Positions 24,482-35,605 of a DNA stretch of 64,000 nt are shown here, one piece after another; the stretch's first letter is position 1, and the number at the start of each line of letters is the position of its first letter. The position numbers and the translations under genes were made by a program. The DNA is from Somniosus microcephalus. Its lineage: Eukaryota. Where the stretch lies: contig CM126205.1 in NCBI GenBank assembly GCA_052327205.1, positions 302,374,001 to 302,438,000 of the forward strand. Direction: 5' to 3'. The notes beneath the pieces are model-generated. The model saw nothing but the letters and a program-made list of their open reading frames with translations, was not told where the DNA came from and ran no database searches.

Positions 24482-25226
24482 AATAAACTCATGTTTCATT
24501 ATCCATGCTGGGGAGAATTTTTGCGGGTTTCTTCCCCTCTTCCGCGCGCTCTGTTCAGCAGAAGCCCTGGTGAAATGGTGTGAATGTCCATTCTTAGAAT
24601 TTTACACTGCATCTTCGGGATTTGGTCTTTCTTTCAGCTGAAGCTACACTGGGAGTTCAGAGAACCCCTGTATAAATTCCAGTCTTCATTGATGCCACAG
24701 TAACTCCCTCGTGAAATCATTAAAAAAAAGTTTAGCTGCCATTTTTCACCTCCAATTTTCTCTCGCCCTTTCAGATCTTAAAGACTGTGGGGTGGATTTT
24801 GGCCTTTGGGCGACCAATGATACAATTATTCCAACGGCAAAGAGGTTCTCCCACAATTTTGAAGCCCCCAACCTTATTGAAATTTAACAGATGAGCTGCG
24901 GAGTCCCAAACTTGCAGTGCGCCAGATTGAGGCCTCAAGATCGGGTCAAGTGGGGGTGGGGGTTGGGGGACAGTGGAGGGAAGTCGCTATCGTGGAGGGA
25001 GAGGGTCCCAGGACAGCAGCGGCCCAGATTATTTTTGTGGGCCCCCGATAATTTGAGACTTACCTTTGAAGAGTCTCTTCAGTTCCATCGCCCATGGAAC
25101 TGGTCGGAGTCTCCACTATGACTCTGAAGTTAAATTCTTTATTAGTATGGTGTAGGCTGTTCAATTTAATACATACTCCCTCTCTTTTGGTTCCTCGGTC
25201 CCATAATAATTATTTATAGTTGTCTA

Positions 25227-25481
25227 TGTAAAGTCTGTGGGTTGTGCAGTTAATAAATACACAGACTTCAGAAGTAACAAACAAACAGGTCTTTACTATT
25301 CGAAGGTCCGGGCGAATCTGCCCCAGAAATCCTGCTACAACACTTATATACTGGTGTGGTCACTATCGGTATTACAGTATACAGAAGCCAAACAAATAGT
25401 GCCACACCTAAAGTAGTTCTCTTAAAGGTGAACGGTTACATTCAATAGTTCCCTTAAAGGTAGACGGGTACATACACTACA
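25227..25481 (-). mobile_element. Solo LTR (Gypsy-like)
   Basis: TG...CA ends flanked by an exact 5-bp TSD GTCTA. The minus-strand start TGTAGTGTATGTACC..CCTTTAAGGGAACTAT resembles the LTR at 3565. Confidence 0.85.
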
Positions 25482-25920
25482 GTCTACATTTAATTGCATC
25501 TTCCATCTATTGACCTAGTTGCCTAAAATAACTAAACCTTTCTGAATCAGGATTCATTGGGTAAGAATTCTTCTGGTCACGGAGTGTAGTGACATCATAC
25601 ATTTATTCCTGAATATTTCCCCTGTTTAGTATTTCTAGTGAACTGTAAATGTATTCTTACCCCATTTCTCTTCATTATTTGTCATGCCTCCTATTTTTGT
25701 ATTGTTTACAAAATTGATAATTTTGCTGGCTATAACCTTATCCAAGTCAATATATATTATAGATCAAAAATAGCAAGAGGCCTAAGAACAACCCGGGAGT
25801 AACCTGCCTGTGACCGCTTTGGAAGCCAAATGCTCCAATTTATGGCTTATTGGGGTAGATCTGGACTTTGTGCGATAGTGCAAAATGGGTGATAGCGATT
25901 TGGCAGCCTGTTTTACATCT

Positions 25921-26866
25921 AAGAACTGAAGAAATAGGAGCAGGAGTAGGCCATATGGCTGTTTGAGCCTGCTCCCCCATTCAATAAGCTCATGGCTGAC
26001 CTTCTACATCAACGACACTTTCCCGCCCTTTTCAGGAACAAGGATGTCTTGCTGCAGTTGTACAGGGCCTTGGTGAGACCACATCTTGAGTATTGTGTGC
26101 AGTTTTGGTCACCTTATCTGAGGAAGGATGTTCTTGCCATTCGAAGTAGTTCAGCGAAGATTCACCAGGCTGATACCTGGGATGGTAGGAATGACGTATG
26201 AGGAGAGATTGGGTCGATTGGGCTTATACTCGCTGGAGTTTAGAAGAATGAGAGGGGATCTCATTGAAACTTATAAAATTCTGACAGGACTGGACAGACT
26301 AGATGCAGGAAGGATGTTCCCGATGGTCGGGGAGTCCAGAACCAGGGGTCACAATCTAAGGATAAGGGGTAAGCCATTTAGGACAGAAATGAGGAGGAAT
26401 TTCTTCACCCAGAGAGTGGTGAACCTGTGGAATTCTCTACCACAGAAGGCAGTAGAGGCCAATTCATTAAATATATTCAAGAAGGAGTTGGATATATTTC
26501 TTAAGGCTAAAGGGATCAAGGGATATGGGGAGAAGGCAGGGACCGGGTACTGAATTTGGATGATCAGCCATGATCGCATTGAATGGCGGAGCAGGCTCAA
26601 GGGGCCGAATGGCCTACTCCTGCTCCTATCTTCTATGTTTCTATGTTTCTGCATATCCCATGATTCCGTTAGTGCCCGATCTCAGTCTTGAATATACTCA
26701 TCGACTGAGCATCCACGGCATTCTGGGGCAGAGAATTTCAAAGATTCACAACCCTCTGAGTGAAGAAACTTCTCATCTCAGTCCTAAGTAACTGACCCCT
26801 TATCCTGAGACTTTGACCCCTAGTTCTAGACTCTTCAGCCAGGGGAAACAGCCTCTCAGCATCTAT
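25921..26866 (-). mobile_element. CR1 LINE 3' fragment (minus strand), interrupted by a plus-strand CR1
   Basis: CR1 3' stem-loop at 25921-26000. ESRTRGQSLRIRG..RTEMRSFFTQRVVNL at 26738-26860. Confidence 0.85.
26033..26649 (+). mobile_element. CR1 LINE 3' fragment
   Basis: [22 protein letters not shown]...RVVNLWNSLP, 3' stem-loop and (TTCTATGT)n tail. Confidence 0.92.
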
Positions 26867-28273
26867 TTCCAATCGTGAGAGATGTAAAATGGGCTGCCGA
26901 CTCACTATCACCCGTTTTACACTATCGCACAAAGTCAAGATCTACCCCCTTGTTTCCTGTTTTTTAAGCCAATTTTTCAGACTGCACCATCTTTACCTTT
27001 TTCTGTGTTGTAATTCCTCCTGTACCGTAATTTCCATGATTCTATACAAACTATACTATAGTTTAAAATGACTTGGATAAGTATTTGACAAGGATGAATG
27101 TAAAAGAATATGGGGAAATGGCAGCGAAATGGGATTAGAGCAGATAGTTCCAGTTGAAAAGCTAGCACTGGTACAGATCTGATAGGTTGAATGATCTCCT
27201 TCTGTCCTGTAATTTCAATGATTCTTTTATCCTACTCCATGGTTCCATACCTCAAGCATCAATCACTTGTGTCCAAGCCTTCTGAATTACATTCTCAATT
27301 ATATTTTGCCTGTACTCCATATCAGTAGTCTTCAAAAAGCTTCACCAGATTAGTTGAACGTGACATTCCTTTTCTGAACCCATGTCGACTGTCCAGTAAT
27401 AATTTAATGCTTTTCAAAGAACTTGCTCAAAAGACCGAAGATCAATTGAAAGACTTTTGCTATAACAAATATTCAATTTATTGGTCTATAATTTCTAGAT
27501 GTGTCCCTTTCTTTGGTGCCCTGTAATGTTAATGATTTGTATTTTTGTGGACTTGTGAAATTCAAACCATCTGATTTTAGGAGGGAATCCAAACTCCAAA
27601 TTAATCCAAATGCCCTGTCACCTCTACATTTACTCCTTTATTTAACATGGTGGACTAAATCGCTACATTTCTTTTTGCTGTTTCTGCCCCAAAGCCCCTT
27701 TTCTTGCTCAAGCAACATTAAACACTTCAACATTAAACACTTGCAGTTGCTGTAACAGAAGATGTTGATAACATTTGTAAACCTGTCCCATGTATTGAGT
27801 ACAACTACATCCTGTTGTGCTACTTAACAAACATCTCCTTGAAATGCACTTGACTTTAATAATAAGCATGTTTCACTGTGCATGTTCAGTTCATCCGTGT
27901 TCTAAATATACCTTGGAAGAAGCTTTGAGTGGTTAAGAACTCCATGCACATGGCCTGACTGTATTGATGTGTACCACAGGCAGGAATTTGTGAATGAACA
28001 TTGCAGACACTTTCTGCACTGTGCAGGTCTACTGAGAAATTTATAAAACTGGGCCTGCAGCCCCACAATTCTGTGCGCCACAGAATTCATAACTGTAATC
28101 ATAGGCACTGCTCTTCTCTCTGCTGGCATGTACAGCTGCACTGTTGGGAATATGGATTTCTCAATGTGAATCCCTCTATTCTTATACTGTGAAGAGGAGG
28201 ATGAAAAATGGAAGCGGCTAGATTAGAGGCTGCTAGAGTGAGGGATCATAGAAGGCTTCTTTTCCCTACACAC

Positions 28274-28522
28274 ATACCCAGTCATCAGGGTCTACAGGCC
28301 AAGAAGGTTTTACTTAGACTTTACTGGCAGTGCCTCAGGAGGCTGCACTTCCTCCCAAAGAATATTGAAGAAGCATGTTAAGTGCTGGTTGAAAACCTGT
28401 AGCCCACTCCCATCAGGCAAACAGCATTGTCCCTACCAGTCAAGGTCACCATTGCCTTGAAATTCTTTGCAACTGGATCCTTCCATAGAGCATGAGGTGA
28501 CCTTTGTCACATTAGTCAGGCA
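28274..28522 (+). pseudogene. Harbinger transposase N-terminal remnant
   Basis: YPSHRVYRPRR..QCLRRLHF..PVKVTIALKFFATGSF..GDLCHISQ, assembled across frameshifts, matches VKVTVALNFYATGSF..GDIANISQ of 34085-35242. Confidence 0.8.
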
Positions 28523-29053
28523 GATGAGCACGGATCTGGGAGCCATTCCTGCTGATGATCCACAATGAACCATACAAACTGGGACATCATTTTTGAGCCA
28601 AATACCATGCAAGGGTTGGTGGTGAGGAAAAGGGTCTTCAAGATGATCAGGATGATTCGGGATACTGGTAAGTCGATTGACAACCTGTTCAAGATCATTC
28701 AGAATAGCAAAGGACTATTTCCTATTTGCATGCTGGCTGTTCAACTCACACAAGGTGGCAAAACTGTGGGCACTTGGGTACCATTGTCTATGAATCATAG
28801 AATCTATGCTGTTTCAAATTTCAATGTATATGTATTTGTATCTGCTTACAGACAGGAACAAATTTGGATGGGGGTGGTCCTACCAATTATTGCTCACTTG
28901 CTCAGTACAAGGAGTCAGCCGGCTAATTTCTGGGCTAGCGAGGCCATAGTGAGGGAACGTGAGTTCAAAGGCCTTCCCTAAGGTCAAGATTAGTACCATT
29001 CTTTGCATTTTATTGTTTCTCTCCCTACTTACTTTCACTGACACACAGAAATA

Positions 29054-29964
29054 TAGGTTAACTGGGTGAGGCAAATGTGTTGGCACCCTGTTACACATCT
29101 GTGTTGATTCCTGCCATTTTCCTGCTGCAAGCCCTGTGGTCTGAGAGCAGGCCACTGGGCAGCAGTGGGATTGTTGAAGCCTTGCATTACACCACAGTAT
29201 GATTCACAATACCTTGATATGTAAGCTCTGTTGGAAGGGGTGTCTTACTACCAGCATTCTTCTGAGGATAACAGAAGATAAGATGCCATTTGCCAATGAC
29301 CCCAGCACCTTTCGTCATTCACTCCTACTTTGGCAGGCACCAGCCTAGGTTCATCAACTCTAGGAGATTCCAGTAGTGATTTTCAGGAGGGCATACTGGG
29401 TGAATCACAGGGCACAGAGAGGAGATGACTGTAGAAGAGCAGATAACGTCTGCCTGGCATGTCAGTTCAAGTTCTTCTTCAGCTGCTGAGCCGAAGGATT
29501 GGGTCTTCAATGAAATCTGATCCTTGAACATCAGTCTTCCATATAGTCTTTTGAGAGTTTGTCAAGCACCCTGCAAAATTGGTGATTACTGTAAAGGAGT
29601 CCACTATCCGCTTCTCTCCAGTGATACACAACTAATCGAACTGCGGACCCTGATGGGAAGCATGGCCACCCCAGGGAAAGTGGAGCCGCCTGTGATTAAG
29701 GTCTTAAGCCCAGGCAGAGTTTTGCTAATGGATACTATGATTGGGCCTTTTAGACACCTTGGATTACAACATACAGCAGTCTTCTTTGTCTGGTTTCAGT
29801 ATGTTGGGACTTCAGATTGAAATATCCATAATGCAAGGCTTCAACAATCCCACTGCTGCCCAGCGACCTGTTCTCAGACCACAGGACATGCAGCAGGAAA
29901 ATGGCAGGAATCAACACAGATGTATAACAGGGTGCCAAAACATTTGTCTCACCCAGTCAACCTA
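29054..29964. repeat. 136-bp inverted repeat (29054-29189 / 29829-29964) around a spacer of about 640 bp
   Basis: CTGTGTTGATTCCTGCCATTTTCCTGCTGCA..GGGCAGCAGTGGGATTGTTGAAGCCTTGCATTA versus its reverse complement, with scattered mismatches. Confidence 0.92.
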
Positions 29965-30142
29965 CTCAAATGACTTGAGATGTGCCAGATAGCATGCTGG
30001 ACCAGGCAGCCACTGCAGCATTAAATATGGCACTAATAGTTGCAGAGCCATCTAGTGACCCACTAAAAGGAAATATTGGACCACATCCATCCTAAGAGGC
30101 AAGACTATCACCCAGCAACCAGCCAGCACACTTCTTCTTACA

Positions 30143-31508
30143 AACATATGAACATATGACTTAGGAGCAGGAGTAGGCCACTCGGCCCCTCGAGCCTGCT
30201 CCGCCATTCATAGAAACATAGAAGATAGGAGCAGGAGTAGGCCATTCGGCCCTTCGAGCCTGCTCTGCCATTCAATGAGATCATGGCTGATCATCCAAAT
30301 TCAGTACTCTGTCCCTGCCTTCTCCCCATATCCCTTGATCCCTTTAGCCTTAAGAAATATATCCAACTCTTTCTTGAATATACTTAATGAACTGGCCTCC
30401 ACCGCCCTCTGTGGCAGAGAATTCCACAGGTTCACCACTCTCTGGGTGAAGAAATTCCTCCTCATTTCAGTCCTAAATGGCTTACCCCTTATCCTTAGAC
30501 TATGACCCCTGGTTCTGGACTCCCCGGCCATCAGAAACATCCTTCCTGCATCTAGTCTGTCTAGGCCTGACAGAATTTTATAGGTTTCGATGAGATCCCC
30601 TCTCAATCTTCTAAACTCCAGTGAGTATAAGCCCAATCGACACAATCTCTCCTCATACGTCATTCCTGCCATCCCAGGTATCAGCCTGGTGAATCTTTGC
30701 TGCACTCCTTCCATGGCAAGAACGTCCTTCCTCAGGTAAGGCGACCAAAACTGCACACAATACTCAAGGTGTGGTCTCACCAAGGCCCTGTACAACTGCA
30801 GCAAGACATCCTTGTTCTTGTACTCGAACCCTCTTGCTACGAAGGCCAACATACCATTTGCCTTCTTAACCGCCTGTTGCACCTGCATGCTTACCTTCAG
30901 CGACTGGTGTACAATAACACCCAGGTCTCTTTGCACTTCCCCTTCTCCCAATCTATTGCCATTCAAATAATAATCTGCCTTACTGTTTTTGCCACCAAAG
31001 TGGATAACCTCACATTTATCCACATTATAGTGCATTTGCCATGTTTCTGCCCAATCACCCAACCTGTCCAAATCATGCTGGAGTTTCACGACATCCTCCT
31101 CACAGCATACCCTCCCACCCAATACGATCATGGCTGATCTGATTACTCCACATCCCTGCCTACCCCCGATAACCTTTCACCCCCTTGCTCACCAAGAATC
31201 TAACTACCTCTGCCTTAAAAATATTCAAAGACTCTGCTTCCACCGCCCTCTGAGGAAGAGAGTTCCAAAGACTCACGACCCTCTGTGAGAAAATATTTCT
31301 CCTCATCTCTGTCTTAAATGGGCGACCCCTTATTTTTAAACAGTGACCCCTAGTTCTAGATTCTCCCACAAGAGGAAACATCCTCTCCACATTCACCCTG
31401 TCAAGACCCCTCAGGATCTTAATATGTTTCAATCAAGTCACCTCTTACTCTTCTAAACTCCAGCGGATACAAGCTTGGCCTGTCCAACCTTTCCTCATAA
31501 GACAACCC
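30143..31508 (-). mobile_element. Two nested CR1 3' fragments (30210-31120 inside an older one)
   Basis: 276-aa and 90-aa ORFs with CR1 RT C-terminal motifs ([21 protein letters not shown]) and two 3' stem-loops with tails. Confidence 0.92.
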
Positions 31509-34084
31509 CTGCTCTGCATCCATTGTTTTTTATCCTTAATATAAAGAACTTTGAAATGTCTTCTTGGACATAAGAAGCATGGTAAAAGTACATGTTTTTG
31601 TTGTTCTCTTTCTTACACATCGTTGGCTAGCAGTACCATGTAATGCTTCAAAATATCTGGCATATGTGTTTGGTAGGCATTATGAAGAAATGTAACAAAA
31701 ATTAAATAGTCAGTTAAACTAATATTAATCAATAATTGTTCATAATGAATCAGCTAGCACTCAATCACTAATCATCAAATGTCCTGATATGATCATAGTA
31801 CTCCTTACATACTTCAATAGCTCTCACCTATTAAGAGTTTCTCCTCTCTAAGTCAATTTTTTTATGATAATGAGCAATCATCTCAACAGAACCTAAGCTT
31901 TGATCCATATTAATTGTCTTGATCTTCAAAGACAAAGTCCCCACTTATTTTAGATGAATTTTACATTTTTTTTAAAGAATAATATGGAAATTAGTGCTAG
32001 TAATTAATTTTTTATTATGCGTCTCAAGTTTTGATAAGTGCAAGTTGATAACTGCATCTAGAATTCATTTCCAAATTTAATTAGGGAAAGCAGCACAAGA
32101 CAAAAATGTTCAGAGGCTATAGATTAAAGGCTATGACTTAAACCAAAACCTAATTTATACAGATAAACAGTAAAGTTTTAACACACTGTTTCATAGAGTT
32201 GTCAGCCTCAAAGAGTTGAGTGCCAGAATAACAGAGCATTTTTATTTAACCACATAAATGCTGGTGGAGAGCATGTTACTGCATTACAGAAAGCTCCAGA
32301 GTGTATATTCTTCATGATCTCTATTTGGCTTGTTTGTGAGGGCCAGATTTTTTTTTTTAAAAGCTTATTAACTAATAACACATGGTTCTTTCAATTTCAA
32401 ATAAAAATATAATTAGAAAAAATCATGTAGACAAACAGCAGTTAATGGAACAGTATAGTAAAATACGATATCTTAGTCCTTGCAGTTGGCTTGTACACAA
32501 TTAATCACACAGCTTATGTTTGGTCTGGAGTGCACAAGTCTTTGAAAAAATAATTGTATTTATCATGGGCTAGCAGTTTGAGAAGATGGTAGAATGTCTG
32601 CTTCGATACCAGCTGTTTATGGGTTTGAATCACGGCATTCGTCACCTCCAGTTTCAACTATTGATAGTTTATTCAGTTCAAAACCCTAAATATGTACCTC
32701 AAATCTTATTTCCAAAATAAATGTGCTATCCCGCTGTCAAGTAAACTTTACCAGTGGATGGTATCATAAGTGGAACATATAGCACAAGGAACATGTTGTG
32801 GATGTTATTAATGGATAAATCCACTGGGAGCTGGAGCAACATCAATTTGACAATTTTGCCTAGGAATTTAGAAATTCGAGCATAAAAGGAGGCCATTCAG
32901 CCTATCGCACCCATGCTGGTGTTAGCTCTTCCACTAGAGCTGTCTACTCTACTCCCATTTCCCTGCCCTATCTTCATATCCTTTTATTATATACTTGCTT
33001 TTCTAAAACTTATCCAATTCGCTTTTAAATCCTGTCATAAGCTCTGCCTGAATAGCCATTTTGATTTTAGATATTCCATGTTGCAATAACTCTTTGTATG
33101 AAAAAATGTTCTTCGAACTTCAGCTTCATTCATGTAACGATAATTGAGTCTATATCCCCTTTGTTATTAACCTGCCAACCAATGGAAACAATCATTTATT
33201 ATTTACTCTCCAAAAGCTTTCGTAATCTTAAAACCCTTCACCACAGGGCTATAGAGAGAGAGCAGGGGAATGGGACTAATTGGATAGCTCTTTCAAAGAG
33301 CCAACACAGACACGATAGGCCGGCGGTCCCTTTCTGTGCTGTATGATTCCATGATTCTTTCCTTAAACTTATTGGTTCCAGTAAAATACCCAATTTTTCA
33401 ACCTGTTCCATGGGATTCTTCCTATAACATTCAACAGACCAACTGTGACTAACCAATGTCTTGCATAAATTCAACATCACTTCCTTGCTTTTATATTCGA
33501 TGCCCCTATGTATAAAACCCAGAATCTCATTTTACTTTTCTATGACCTTTTCTACCCGCATACTCCTAATTTTTAAAGTTCTATGGGCTAGATTTTCAGT
33601 TGCTTGCGCCAGCAGTTAGCGCCTTAAGAGAAGTGATTTCCGGGCGCTATGCGTGTAGCGCCCGGGCGCAGCGCAGTTTGCGCCCCGCCCCAAATTAAGT
33701 TGCCCGTTAGCGCCGGCGCAAAGTTTAGCGCCCGCCCGGATGCGCGCGCAGAAAATGACGTCACATCCTCGTGCAACGCCCTTTGGCCGCCCCGATTGCA
33801 AACTTCAGTCGGACCGCCCCATTGTGCGGCGGGCGGCCGGAGCGTTTGGAAAAAGGAACGCAACACAACCAGCGCGGGCCCCGGGGGGCGCTAATTAAAG
33901 GGAACGTCCTCTCCAGTATAAAGGCCATCCATTATTTCAGAAAACAGTCTTGTGCAACGCATTTCTGGAGACACAACAAGGAGGATAGCTAACTGGTTTC
34001 AAGCAGCAAGAGCCAGGTATTTTTGGACTCAGGCAACAGCGCTGCAAGTGGCCATTTGGAAATTAGAGTGTTTGCCAGGATTTG

Positions 34085-35242
34085 ATGGGGGTTGCATGGG
34101 GTGCCAACGCGGAGCTGCAGCTCCATGTCCGTAGGGCTCGCAGACGTATTGTGAGAGGGGCAGCCCTGGCTAGAGGCAGAGGGGGCTACAGGCGTCGGCC
34201 ACGTAGGCCTTACCCAGTCAGGCTATACCGCCAGCAGCGCTCCTACCTAAACATGAGTGCCGCGCGATGTGTTAAAAGGCTCCGATTCCGGAAGGGGGTG
34301 ATTGCAGAGATCTGCCACCTGCTTCGCCGAGATCTGCGGCCAAAGCTCAGGTGCAGGACGTCTCTGTCGGTGGAAGTGAAGGTGACAGTGGCATTGAACT
34401 TCTATGCCACCGGCTCCTTCCAATACGCTGCTGGGGACATAGCAAACATCTCCCAGTACGGCGCGCATCGCTGCATCCGCCAGGTGACCGAAGCACTGTT
34501 CAGAAGGAGAAGCCAATTCATCTCCTTCCCCATGGCCCTGGAGAGCCAGCATCAGCGCGCATTGGGATTTTCCAGACTCGGGGAATTCCCCTTGGTGCAG
34601 GGCGCCATTGACTGTACGCATGTGGCTTTGCGGGCCCCTCTGGAGCATGGCGAGCAGTATCGCAACAGGAAGGGCTACCATTCTCTGAATGTGCAGCTGG
34701 TCTGTGACCACAAGCAGCGCATCATGGCAGTCAATGCCAGCTTCCCAGGCAGCAGCCACGATGCCTTTATCCTGCGGCAGAGTACTGTGCATGACATGTT
34801 CCAGGCACAGCCTCCCCCAAGAGGATGGCTACTCGGGGACAAAGGCTATCCTTTGTGCACCTGGCTCATGACCCCGCTCCGCGCGCCCAGGACCGCTGCT
34901 GAAGAGGCCTACAACGAGAGCCATCAAACCACCCGCAACATCATCGAGCTAACTATTGGGGTCCTCAAGCAGCGGTTCCGCTGCCTTGATCGCTCCGGAG
35001 GAGCTCTCCAGTATTCGCCGGACCGGGTCTCCCAATTTGTGGTGGTTTGCTGCATGCTACACAACCTGGCTATCCGCAGGACTCAGGCACTGCCACCTGA
35101 CGTTGGACCAGCACCTCAGGAGGAGGAGCAGGAGGAGCATGAGGAGGAGGAGGAGGAGGAGGAGGAGCAGGAGTACGTTCCCAGGAGGGAGCGACCAGGG
35201 CCAAGGGCCGCACGACGCCACCTTATTACACGGTACTTCTAA
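34085..35242 (+). CDS. Harbinger DDE transposase (HARBI1-like), 385 aa, intronless
   Basis: Motifs GAIDCTH, YRNRKGYHSLNVQLVCD, PGSSHD, GDKGYP, RNIIE..GVLKQRFRCL and CCMLHN, with an acidic C-terminal tail. No stops. Confidence 0.95.
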   Translation: MGVAWGANAELQLHVRRARRRIVRGAALARGRGGYRRRPRRPYPVRLYRQQRSYLNMSAARCVKRLRFRKGVIAEICHLLRRDLRPKLRCRTSLSVEVKVTVALNFYATGSFQYAAGDIANISQYGAHRCIRQVTEALFRRRSQFISFPMALESQHQRALGFSRLGEFPLVQGAIDCTHVALRAPLEHGEQYRNRKGYHSLNVQLVCDHKQRIMAVNASFPGSSHDAFILRQSTVHDMFQAQPPPRGWLLGDKGYPLCTWLMTPLRAPRTAAEEAYNESHQTTRNIIELTIGVLKQRFRCLDRSGGALQYSPDRVSQFVVVCCMLHNLAIRRTQALPPDVGPAPQEEEQEEHEEEEEEEEEQEYVPRRERPGPRAARRHLITRYF

Positions 35243-35605
35243 GCCCCCTGTCAGGGAATGGCCAGGGGCCATGAGGGAAGATGAATGCAGCCGCTCCGCA
35301 AGCCCTCAGCCGGCGAAGCCAACAAACACTAAGAAGAACAACCATGGAGACTGCATGAATAAAGATAATTTTTTATTAAACAAAAATGAAAAGCCCTTCC
35401 CACATGAATCCCCAAAAACAATAAACGGGCCCCACAAAAAGCCCAACAAACGACTCACTCCCACAAACTGGGGAGGAGCCACTCCACCTTTATTGAAACC
35501 GGGCCTCAACGTCGGCCTAACGCAAAAAAAAAGCCCTCCAAAAGCACAACCATGGGCAAAATAAAGATGGCCACCGCCATATTAAAGGAAAGCTGGCCAC
35601 ACCCT

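Larger units (their letters stand above)
25852..26948. mobile_element. Harbinger-type MITE with 69-bp inverted arms, split by nested CR1 insertions
   Basis: Arms 25852-25920 (GGGGTAGATCTGGACTTTGTGCGATAGTG...) and 26880-26948 are near-reverse complements. Confidence 0.85.

Noticed and set aside
34085-35242. Domesticated host HARBI1 gene (and NAIF1 for the Myb ORF)
   Set aside because: Both genes sit between TIRs with a TSD and have several paralogous copies nearby, so they are transposon genes. No host symbol was assigned.
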